Below are positions 12,011 through 22,275 of a stretch of 64,000 nt of DNA, piece by piece (the stretch's first letter is position 1; each line of letters starts with the position of its first letter). The notes under the pieces are model-generated. The model had not been told where the DNA came from and ran no database searches. It was given only the letters and a program-made list of their open reading frames with translations. Origin of the DNA: Lingula anatina (lineage: Eukaryota; Animalia; Brachiopoda); contig CM120640.1 of NCBI GenBank assembly GCA_051362555.1, positions 56,150,788 to 56,214,787 of the forward strand. Reading direction: 5' to 3'. Both the position numbers and the translations under genes were made by a program.

Positions 12011-15000
12011 TCATTTTACTTTGATGAATTTATGTTCCAAGGAGTATATGCCAACCTCCGTGTTAGCTGATTCATCATAATCACACCACTCCTACAATTA
12101 ATACAATACATGTCGTATTATATATCAAGTCAATGCCTGCAGGTTATAGGTATATATACTGGTGTTATAAAAATATCAGAGCAAACTAATATTATATGTA
12201 GTTCCAATTTAGACACTAATTTAATCAGGTTAAATAAGAAATGTTTTGATGTTTAAGATGCCATTCTAGATTAATATTTCTTGAATAAAACTATCATGAC
12301 TCAAAGTATAAGTGCCATCCAGTCATTTTTATGTTCAGTAAATCCATTTTAATAGGCTTTACCTTTTCTGTTAGTGTCACTTCTGTAAATTTAGTTCCGG
12401 ACTCTGCCCCTTCAGTTGTGAATCCAGTCTAAAAGGGTAAAGTAAGAATAAAGTGTCTGCATTGTGAAAAGTGCTCAATTTCTCAAGCAAATTAAATCTC
12501 TGGGCACCTCATTACAAAATGATTCAGGTATATTTGTTGATCACAGGCACATCATTACACATAATACATAAATCATAGAAATGTACCATATAAAATAAAT
12601 ATTTGAAATAGAATATTGAGGATGAAATTTATTCTATGGGTGTGACATTGTTATTTTGTTTTTTATGTGTAAAACTGGTCATTTTCACCCTTCTTATTTC
12701 AAACAATCTTACCCTAGGTGAGAAATCCGTAGGTTCTACTCCCCTGCAGTCAAAGACAACAATAGTTTTAAACTTGCCACTGTCTTCAGCAGTGTATGGC
12801 ACAATTGTATCCTTCAGAATATCTGGAGAATTAAACAAATTTTCATATTATTTATGTGGACTATTTAACATGGAAAATAACAAGTAAAAAACACGGTAAA
12901 AATTTTTCATTTCAATATGTGCTTAATGCAAAAGTTTTTTTTTTTTTTTTGCTCCTCACCAGATCAACACCAATTCTTGAATTATTTTTCAAGAACTTAA
13001 TAAAAAGGCATTTTAAATGTGTCATTACCTATGGAATTCTCCCTTCCACACAATTTGCATTTTACAACAAGACTAGCATGACCCCTTCCACCTTTCAGAG
13101 GAGAATTTTCCTGAAAAAATTAACAATAACTCTAGGTTCATCTTTTCATATATCAATCAATTAATTAATCTTTCTAGTCATGTACTTACACATTTCACTA
13201 TAACAATATATTTTGTTGAAAGCAATGTAAATCATATCATGAAAACATGACTTTTAGATCTAGGTTTCACCCCTCTGTCAACATACAGCACATAGAATAT
13301 TATATGCTAAAACAATATTTGGTACTCACCAACAAAGTCAGGTATTGGTATTCTTTTCCTTCTTCTCCACAGTTAGCGCATTTTAGCTATAAATATGAAA
13401 ATAATATTGAAGAGACCATGCATAAATTCTCTTCAATCTTTAGTATTTAATAATAACATGTGCCTCAGAAGCATCTTACATCCTTCTGAAGTCATATTAC
13501 TAACTCTCCTCAACTTGGCTTTTAAAAAATGCATTTTCCGATGCCTAATGAAAGAGAGGTTATTTTATATCAAGCAGGAGGCAGACAGAGCAATTACCTC
13601 ATTTTTAATTTAAAATGAAATAAATATTATAATGCTCATTGGTTTTTCAATGCAGGTGTGTTTGGTCAATTCTGAGTTTATATTCCAGTAGAATACAGTA
13701 CTAACCATTAATCATGGACCACAGGTTAAACCTTGGGTCTTTCACAGGTCCCAATAATAATTATTATTGTTATTATTCACAGGTGAAGTGGCAGCCAGTA
13801 ATCTGGAATCTGGCTCCACAGTTTATCTTTGCTCAGATAAGTGATTATGAACACCAAATTAATGATTTAAACTGTTGTTTCATGGTTCCATTGTAAAAAT
13901 ACTGGCTGCAAGTAACGCATTCTAAACTGCAAACAATTTGTGGGGTTTTGGCTGGGTTCCATCTGGGTCTCTTGCTCTTTACATACAGGATTTTTTAAAA
14001 AATATTTTCAATCTAATTGTGGAAGATTCTTGCAGAAGCATTTAAGAACTTGCAGAGTAAACAGCACCAACATTTCATCTTGCCATCCTGTAGCTTTTCA
14101 CAAACACATAAATAATGGTGCTCTGCAAGTGGCAAATAGGTAAAAAAAAAAATTCAATATCTGTTTTCAATAACTTTATTCCCATATTATACTTTTCCTA
14201 CTACTTATCAATACAGGAGCAATGCAGTCTTTAAATCTTCGGCAAATCTTCATGGTTTAAATCTACATTAATTCAGAAACTTCAATCATTAAGAAGGGTT
14301 AAACAGACGTACAAGATTTTGTTACAATTTCACAGCCTTTTCATTAAGTTAACATGATACTAAGTACCAACATCAAGTCAATACTCACCTTTAGGTACCA
14401 CCTAAAATCATCTCCACTTGCCAGCAGGTTGGAAACATGCTCAAGATCTGCTTTTATTTGCAGCCCTATTTTCTGAAAAAAATTATAACATAAGTCTTCT
14501 CTCTCTCTGACACTGTGTGTGTGTGTGTGTGTGTGCGCGTGTGTGCGTGCGTGTGTGTGTGTTATCTTAAACCACTTATCAATTCAGATATTTTATAAAA
14601 TCTGTGCTCTGTAAGAGATGAAATAAGGCCCACCTTAACCCCTAGCACGAAAATTCATGCGTAAGCACTCCCATTGACAGTTCTGATATGTAGTCTGTGC
14701 AGACAGTACATATCAGAACCGTAAATGGGAGTGCTAATGCATGAATTTTCGTGCTACTTAATCCCTTCTACTACCAAAATGTGAATATTAATATCAAAGT
14801 GAATGTTTTTAATCATCCACTTATATTATACTGAAATAATGACAAAAATAAAATCCAATACTGGATCTTGCACTGAAATGGAGATCATGACATATAAACC
14901 CTATCACAAGACCATTTCTAGGTTAACTGATTTGGAGTTGTCACCACACAACATCAGTGACAACTCCAAATCATAGTTTAAAAGTTTTCATTTATGACAG

Positions 15001-15520
15001 ATCCACTATAATCGAAGAAGAAGAATCAAAGAACAGAACCTCATACAAGAGGCACTAAAACAGTGTAACTACCCAAAATGGACAATAAAAAAGGTAAAAC
15101 ATCACATGGAAGTAAAAACATCAGGAAGCAAATTAGACCAAGTTTTGTTCCATAATCCGGGGTCGTTCCATAATCTATCAGGGGAAATCATGAATGCAAC
15201 GAAGAAGGAAATACTGGAGTGTCATTAAAGCTGATATTACTTAACACTAAATGGCCTTGTAAAGACTGAAAGTCGTAAAACAATCTGCCAAGAGCACATT
15301 TATTACTCACTGACGTCTACATGTACATGTAGTGTTTGTGTTGAAACTTTCGCCTGAAAATGACGCATTTTGGGACTTTTTGATGATAAATCCACGCCAC
15401 ACTATTAACTAAACTTTACGTTTTTCACATTTAATGAACACTTGGACCACTACATATTAAATATTTTCGAGAAAACGCGTTCAGGGGTGCTAGAGATGAC
15501 GCGTTCGTACTTACCACCAT
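12011..15520 (-). CDS. CZIB: CXXC motif-containing zinc-binding protein (C1orf123/UPF0587 family), 7 coding exons, 161 aa
   Basis: GT-AG exons in consistent phase: 15515-15520 (MV), 14389-14472 ([28 protein letters not shown]), 13330-13386 ([19 protein letters not shown]), 13029-13110 ([27 protein letters not shown]), 12713-12822 ([37 protein letters not shown]), 12363-12428, 12011-12091 ([26 protein letters not shown]). Two CxxC pairs (CANC, CKLC); colinear with recalled human C1orf123. Confidence 0.96.
14514..14561. repeat. (GT)n microsatellite with GC interruptions
   Basis: Seen directly, in CZIB intron 1. Confidence 0.9.
14643..14756. mobile_element. Palindromic 114-bp MITE in CZIB intron 1; degenerate relative at ~16345-16461
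   Basis: TAGCACGAAAATTCATGC.T.AGCACTCCCATT.AC.GTTCTGATATGTA mirrored by TACATATCAGAAC.GT.AATGGGAGTGCT.A.GCATGAATTTTCGTGCTA. Confidence 0.8.
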
Positions 15521-15647
15521 GTTTATTTCACAGCTTCCGCTGTGCGCGCTATCAACATCCGGTTAGTGCGTGTCTTGGTAATTTTAACTTGCAAGGTTTA
15601 CATTCTGGCAGCTGCCACAAGCATTTCCTTCAACACGCAAGGTAACT
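15521..15647. promoter_or_regulatory. Bidirectional promoter / first non-coding exon region shared by CZIB (-) and the ZIP transporter (+)
   Basis: CpG-rich patch directly upstream of the CZIB ATG. ETS-like CTTCCG/CATCCGG motifs, MRE core TGCGCGC at 15543-15549, and a plus-strand donor CAAG|GTAACT at ~15642. Probable second 5'UTR exon at 16159-16263 (tttttag...aaag|gtaaat); acceptor of the ZIP coding exon at 18425. Confidence 0.65.
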
Positions 15648-15967
15648 TCCATTCAGGGGTTTGTCGGTTGTATAAAAATGATGTCGTGATTATGCGATAA
15701 TTATAATGAAAAAATTTGAAGCTTTTGAATTTAAGTTTGTCACTTGATTTTAAAATTTCACTCACTCAATCTAGGGCCCAAGCCCCAATTAAGTCGAAGA
15801 TGTAAAATTAAGCATCAGTACTATATATAGTCTGTATTATGTCATTATTTGGTTGACTCTGTGGGACAAGTGGAATTCGTTTAAATACAAAATCGATTTT
15901 TTTGTCATTTGTTTAGTTTTTCACACTTAGTCTTGTATTATTTGTAACCATATATATTATACTTTCC

Positions 15968-16095
15968 CTCTACCAGGGTGGCAGAGTCTGTAGGGAAAAT
16001 CGGAAAATCCCATATATAGTAAAATGGACGTCTATTTATCTAAAGACAAAGCTGTGAATATCCTGTGAAAAGTCAAGTTTTGGCCCTGGTAGAGG
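15968..16095. mobile_element. Small MITE with 13-bp TIRs
   Basis: CCCTCTACCAGGG ... CCCTGGTAGAGGG, with TATA near both flanks. Confidence 0.65.
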
Positions 16096-16629
16096 GTATA
16101 TTATACTCACATACTGGTATATTGTCATGGTCATTTCAAAAATTCCTCTTGTTTTTAGGTTCTTAAATGTTCATCAAGGTGAAAACTGAGTGTGATTACT
16201 ATAAAGCCTGGTGAGGTTTCAGAGCTGCAGATCTAAATGCACGGTCACTTCAAGTGACTAAAGGTAAATTAGCACATTATATATGCTACTTCGTAATGTT
16301 TGTTGTTATCAAATTATTCAATGAAAACAGTATTCTACCATTTCGCACAAAAGTTCAAGCTTAAGAATTTATATTTAAGTTTTCAGATATGTGTATATAT
16401 GCTACAGTTAGTACATATCAGAAAATATAAAGCTGGATTGTAGCATGCAAATTTTTGTGCTATCTAGCATTATATTTATACAGCTGAGTTTTTATTGGAA
16501 ATCATGATAGGAAGACATGAAATTGGGTATTAGCAGCATAGCATTTACACTGCAATTTATACAAACTGACATACACGATGTCAATTTCTTATGAATTCAT
16601 TGGAAAACTGTAGCATTTTATTAGGAGAA

Positions 16630-16765
16630 GGCGTGAAAATACCCAAATGAAGGTGAGCAGCATCCTCAGAAAAGCAAACAAGAGATGGGAGTGGAGAGAG
16701 CTGGTCGCAAATTCCTAGTGGTACCCCCACAGTCGACCAAATTACGGGATAGTATAGAATAGGAT
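16630..16765 (+). mobile_element. 5'-truncated RTE-clade LINE, 3' end
   Basis: Translates to RENTQMKVSSILRKANKRWEWRELVANS*, resembling the RTE ORF C-terminus, then GTGGTACCCCCACAGTCGACCAAATTACGGGATAG and a short-repeat tail. Based on recalled RTE 3' ends. Confidence 0.6.
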
Positions 16766-16854
16766 CAGAAAAACATCAAAAATTGATCATTTATATCTGA
16801 TTCATCAAACATATTTTGTGCATATTTCCTTTTTCAAAGAATTTTGTGATAAAT

Positions 16855-17221
16855 CACTCGGAACTACTCGGATGTCTCCGCACTCGACAATGACCTCGGA
16901 CGTGATACGGAGGCATCCATATTGATTGTTGATTTGTTGGGAAGGAACTACTTTCAACCTCGCGCTAATTTAGACCACAATTCTTTCAACGTCTGTATCT
17001 GTTTATCCTTTAAATCAAAGTCAATCTTAGTGCATTGTTTGGCAAACTGTAAAGCATCATAAAAACAGGGGTATTGACAGCTATCTTTATGAGCTGAATA
17101 ATCGAATTGAGTGAGAAGGCATTTCCGGCGAACAAAATGCATGGATTTGGTGCATATTTCTCCGCCTATCACATCCGAGGTTAGTATGGAGCTTGCGGAA
17201 TGAGCCGAGGATTGCCGATTG
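16855..17221 (-). mobile_element. Non-autonomous DNA transposon with 9-bp TSD and imperfect ~55-bp TIRs (AcademH-like; MULE not excluded)
   Basis: Exact TSD GTGATAAAT at 16846-16854 and 17222-17230. Left end CACTCGGAACTACTCGG...CCTCGGACGTGATA versus reverse complement of the right end CAATCGGCAATCCTCGG...CCTCGGATGTGATA. Internal minus-strand peptide ALQFAKQCTKIDFDLKDKQIQTLKELW. Confidence 0.8.
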
Positions 17222-18463
17222 GTGATAAATTGAAAATGTTTTTCAAAAAACAATATACAATCAGAATTTTGACCTCACAAAAGAGGTTACTGATACCATG
17301 TGATAGATTATTACTTTCTATGATGTCACAAAGATGGTGATACAGTGCATTATTGTGTGATGCCACAAAGAATATGTGTTATATTGTATCAGTCTGTGAT
17401 GTCATAAAGTTACCATTGACTATCACCTTAAACATGACAGACTGAATGACAGTAATATAATGTGCAGCTCTCGATTGACTTTGTAAATCTTATTTCTTGC
17501 ATCAGATAAGCTCTTCAAACCTGTATTTAAACCAGACCTAAATGTAAGTTGAGACTATTTGAAGTAATATAGTTTTTATGAAAAGCACTAAGGTGTAGGT
17601 TTCTTCAGTGCTATTTTATTAGCAGGCTGTGAGGCCAAACTCAGGTCAGTGGCACCTTTGTTCCTTTCCACAGAAATACAGAACCATAATCCTTACCGAA
17701 TTTAGAATAGTAAATGCTCTGACATATAACCATTTTACATAAATGTAAGGTAGGAGTAATATAACAGAGGTGTTGTCTGACCTATGATGAAAATACAGTT
17801 GGATTGAAATCTGAAGCTCTTTGCACTTTATAATTATTTTGTTTTAGATGTTTTATGTCGTATCTTTTTAATCTAGCATAAGTAAATTGATTTTATTATG
17901 ATTTTTTAACAAATCAATTAATTCTTCATGTGAATGTGGCATGTATCTTAAGAACATTATGGCAGATTTAGCAAAGCAAGGTTGAGAGACTTGGATGAAA
18001 GTGCTTGTTACACTTTTGAGCACCTAATCTGAGGATTGGCATATGTGGAATTTTACCTTTAATTATCTACAATATATGTGGGCTTGCACCAAGTAACAGG
18101 AAGGCTAATAGAAAGCCTGTGGCTGATTTTTTTTTTGTAGAGAATATAATCATTATTTAATTGTGGGTCTACAGAAAGTGTTGTGGAGCAGATCTTGGCA
18201 TGGAGCAAATCTAAGCATTGTATATATTATTCTCATGTTGTATAAATTAGTAAATGGATATATGATATTCTGCACTATAGTAAGCATTGTAGTATAAGTC
18301 TTGTCCAGTAAGGTAGGAGGAAAAGTGACCGAGTTTTAATTCATATTAATTTAGAATTGGTCCTTTTTCGCTCTTTCTCGGATGCTGTTATATATTAAAC
18401 TTACATAACATTGGTTATATTTCAGGGTCATTGTGTGTGTGTAAGAAGTCACTTTGATCAGTT

Positions 18464-19588
18464 ATGGCCACCAATTCTACAATGACTGGAAGTGGGAATA
18501 CCAACACATTTGACTCTACACTACTGGGTGTAAAGATTGGATGCCTTGTGTGCATCTTCATCATCACCATTGGCTGCTGTCTAGTTCCACTGAAGATTAT
18601 ACCAAGGCACAGCCAAATTGGTGTAAGTCCCAAATCAAAACTCATAATGAGTCTCTGCAACTGTCTGTCTGCTGGTGTCTTCCTAGGAACTTGTTTCAAT
18701 GCATTTATACCACATGTGAGAGAGAAGTTTGATGGTATATTCTCAAACGCAAGATGGCATCACGATTCCAGTTCTGCTACAGAGTTCACTGTGATTATGG
18801 GATTTTTCTTGATTTTGACACTGGAAAAACTGATAATGATGTGTCAGAAGAAACCAATGACGCATTCTCATGGCCATGAGATGACTACTTTAAACTTGGA
18901 TCTTCCTGAGGAGGAGTTAGATGGCTATACTGCCTCAGAGGAAAGCTCTGCTGAATCTGTTGATTGGGAAAATTCAAATGAAAGCCAAAAGTTGTGCAAA
19001 CCAAAGCGCCACTCTCATACAAAGTCTCGGAAGTTTGTGAGCCATCCCCAAGTAAACCATTTACATAATAGTCACATGTCACATGATCATCATAGTCATG
19101 CAGGACACAGTCATCATGTAGAAATCTCAGACCAGGAGTCCATAATAGGCTGTATCTCTCTCCTCCTGGCCCTTAGTGTCCATGGCCTGTTTGAAGGAAT
19201 GGCACTGGCACTACAGCAATCAATAGATAAACTGATCAGTTTATTTATTGCTATAATCTCTCATGAAAGCCTATGTGCTCTAGCAATGGGTATCACTCTA
19301 GTCAAGCAAGACTTGCAAAGCTGGACTATTGTGAAGCTTGCCGTGGCACTGGCCGCAGTGATCCCTGCTGGCATGGGAATAGGCATGGCCCTGGGTCAGA
19401 TACATGGACAAGTGGGCTTGACCATTTCTGCTATACTACAGGGCATAGCTGCAGGGACTTTCATCAATGTGATCTTTTTAGAAATGCTTCCAGTTGAGAT
19501 TCACAGTAATCAGTATCCCATGGTGAAGGTTTTATTTGTTTTCTTAGGATATATCATAATGGCTGGTTTGTCCTTTGCCCACACATAG
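18464..19588 (+). CDS. ZIP (SLC39) subfamily II zinc transporter, ZIP1/ZIP3-like, 374 aa, uninterrupted CDS
   Basis: Single ORF with about 8 hydrophobic segments. TM2 CLSAGVFLGTCF, His-rich cytosolic loop (HSHGH...HNSHMSHDHHSHAGHSHH), TM4 LSVHGLFEGMAL, TM5 HESL, TM7 LQGIAAGTFINVIFLEMLP. Splice acceptor just upstream of the ATG. Paralog identity cannot be resolved by eye. Confidence 0.95.
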   Translation: MATNSTMTGSGNTNTFDSTLLGVKIGCLVCIFIITIGCCLVPLKIIPRHSQIGVSPKSKLIMSLCNCLSAGVFLGTCFNAFIPHVREKFDGIFSNARWHHDSSSATEFTVIMGFFLILTLEKLIMMCQKKPMTHSHGHEMTTLNLDLPEEELDGYTASEESSAESVDWENSNESQKLCKPKRHSHTKSRKFVSHPQVNHLHNSHMSHDHHSHAGHSHHVEISDQESIIGCISLLLALSVHGLFEGMALALQQSIDKLISLFIAIISHESLCALAMGITLVKQDLQSWTIVKLAVALAAVIPAGMGIGMALGQIHGQVGLTISAILQGIAAGTFINVIFLEMLPVEIHSNQYPMVKVLFVFLGYIIMAGLSFAHT

Positions 19589-20525
19589 TAGGGTATGGAG
19601 ATTTGTTTAGTTGATGCTAAGGGAGAGGGAGGGGGGTAATGTACATTCTTATGTTTAATCTATGGTAACTATACATTATACTCACAGTCAGATGTTAAAA
19701 AATATTCAAGTTAATGATATTCACTTATTTTCAGCCATTATAAAAATACACAATTAATACTGATAAATGTGGTTATGCAAAAAGAACTAAGTACATAGTA
19801 AACAGGATTTGGGCGAGAAAGGTAAAAAAGGAAATTGCAAGTACAAGCCATCTAAAAAGAAAAAAAAGACCGTGACAATCCTGTATATTGGTCTTCAGTT
19901 ATTTAACACTGTATTTGAAATAAATAATATTGTGGTTTTGTGCTTGACTTTTTTTTTTCGTAACAAATGTTATGTTTGCATATTTGGTTATTTGTATGTA
20001 TTTTCAAGTTGAAATTTTCTGAGGGCCAAATGATTTTTTCATTTGCATAATATGTAAATATCTATGTTTGAAGCTCGTTCTTAAAAGATATGTTGTGTTC
20101 TTGCCAGTTAATAATACTCTAAATAATGTAGCATTTTCAGTCATATTGCATTTGAAAATATAACTTAAATGTACCTGATATTATGTTATTTCAGCTGTGT
20201 TTGTAAACTACTGATGAAAAGGCAAACATTTTACTTTTATTTCATCCAATTAATAACATTGTCAATACAATGAATGTATTGTAATTGACTTGCCAAAGTT
20301 TACATCATCAAATGTAAATGTATTAAAGAATCTTGATGACTTTTCTAGAGATGAGACATCACAACTCTGTTCGGGTGTTTAACCATATACTGCACAAATA
20401 CTGGTACATTGTCATTGAACAGCTGTTTTTTCAAACTATGTTCATATTTATCATAAAGATAGTAGGTGTGAGGAAGTATTTACAGAAAAAAAAATTAATA
20501 CAGAATTTCATCAGCTGTGTTATGT

Positions 20526-20720
20526 TATAAGGATAAAGTAATTTCTCTCTTCAATCAACAGCTAAATATTGAAATTGTCCTATCTATCCCCTGAATAGAG
20601 GCTTTTCACCTGGAGAGCCTCATTGCCTAATGAAGGTGCCTTGATGGACATTGAAATATTGGAGGTAAACAATTTCAATATTTAGCTATTGATTGATGAA
20701 AAAATTACTTTATTCTTATA
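20526..20720. mobile_element. MITE with ~50-bp TIRs and TA ends (Tc1/mariner-like)
   Basis: TATAAGGATAAAGTAATTT...TCAATCAACAGCTAAATATTGAAATTGT mirrored by ACAATTTCAATATTTAGCTATTGATTGA...AAATTACTTTATTCTTATA. Confidence 0.8.
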
Positions 20721-21319
20721 AATTTGAATGCATTTGCATATGGCAGCTTTAGCTATGATGTTAGGGGAGCCTAGACATGTTTGAAACAATTAATATGGAG
20801 TTATTAAAGAATCTATTATCTGCAGTAATCCAGATTTTTCTTATGAAATTCAAGGTGGCATACTGATCAAGAAATATGCTCAGTATCTTAACTGTATTTT
20901 TGTGAAGACTGTTATGTGTAATGCGTGAAGGAAAAAAATGTTCCCAAAATATTGTTTGCATAAATAACATTGTACATGAACTTTTGTATAATAAGCAAAT
21001 GCATACTAAAAATCAATTGCTTTTCATCTATTAGTTGTGGTTATAATTATTGAAGTGTTAACATTTTATGTATCGTATTATGATACTGGTGTATCATTGA
21101 GAAATATGCTAATATCATGGTATCAGTAATATTTCTTTATTGATTATTAATACCAAAATAAACATGCAGATTTCAGCCTGCACACTGGTCAGTTGTACAC
21201 CCTGAAATTATATTTCAGTGAATTAAAAATTTTAATATGATATCATAGTTAAATGATTGTGCAGTTTTTGTCTTACACAGGAATGTTATTTCATTAAAAA
21301 AATCCAACCTGAAAAGTTG

Positions 21320-21501
21320 CAGGCTCCTAACTAGCAATTTCAAAAGGGGGTTCTTTTTCTCAAAAAGTGGACCTTTTCCATGAAACCTCCATCTACCTAG
21401 ATAAAATATTACCCAGAGGGGACCTTTTCCCCACAAAGGTGGGGGGGGGGGGGGGGGGGGGGTCTTTTGAACCCCCCAAACCCCCTCTGGCTACAACCTT
21501 G
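21320..21501. mobile_element. hAT-like MITE with poly-G tract; related copy in opposite orientation at ~39114-39252
   Basis: Degenerate CAGGCTC.TA.C.AG / CTGGCTAC..CCT.G ends; the shared block AGCAATTTCAAAAGGGGGTTCTTTTTC is reverse-complemented at 39213-39239. Confidence 0.65.
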
Positions 21502-21687
21502 AGTTATACTGGTGAGATGACCACAGGTTTTCTCCACATTAGCTACCATGGGGGCATTAACAAATGTTATGTACAAGTAGTATGCAGATGGCTTTGCAAC
21601 TTCTCAAACATACAGGAAAGAAACATAGGACTAAAATACAGCTTCAGAAAACCAGTCTGATTGGTTAATTTTATTGAGAAAATTAGA

Positions 21688-22275
21688 TTTTTCACATATT
21701 GGCATTTTCAAGGTGGGACTTGGAACCTCCATGGGCTTGAAAACCTTTGCTAGTCACATTTTCTGAATATCCATGATACTTACATTTTATCATTAAAAAT
21801 TGATGGTCATTATGCTGTTAAAAGGATAAGCAGTCTTCTTTTTCTGGAAGTAATACTTTTTTTTTTTGGGGGGAAATTTTCATTTTTCACATATTGGCAT
21901 TTTCAGTGTGGGTCTTAGAACGAGCATGAAGCTGAATGATAATCAAATTTTCTAACTGTCCATATTATTTAAAGGAGATAATTAAAAATTGGTGGTAAGT
22001 ATACCATTAATCATTATTTAATATTTCATCAAAATTGACCAAAAACCTACTTTGTGCATTGCCACTGCAAATGTTATGAAAAGAAACCATGTTTCTCATG
22101 TTTTTTACTTACAAGAATGATTCTTAGGATTGACATACAGCTCAAATTTGAAAACCAGCTCTTTTGGATTATCATTTTTTGTTGAATTTATATAATTTGT
22201 TTTGTGAATTTTTCACTTTTCTCATTCTGGCATTTTCAAAGTGTGGACTTGATTTCTCATGGGCCTGAAGCCTTA
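21688..22275. repeat. Three diverged direct repeats of a ~60-200-bp unit
   Basis: TTTTCACATATTGGCATTTTCA(A)G.GTGGG.CTT...CATG.G at ~21688, ~21884 and ~22218. Confidence 0.7.

Noticed and set aside
18464-19588. Intronless ZIP CDS as a retrocopy or horizontal transfer
   Set aside because: It has a splice acceptor and probable 5'UTR introns, an intact frame, and no poly-A tail or TSD; ZIP subfamily II genes are often intron-poor.
15540-21200. Iron-responsive element in the ZIP UTRs
   Set aside because: I found no CAGUGN loop with a proper 5-bp stem and bulged C by eye; a covariance-model search would be needed to exclude it fully.
21688-22275. CRISPR-like repeat-spacer array
   Set aside because: Eukaryotic context, only three diverged units, irregular long spacing and no cas genes.
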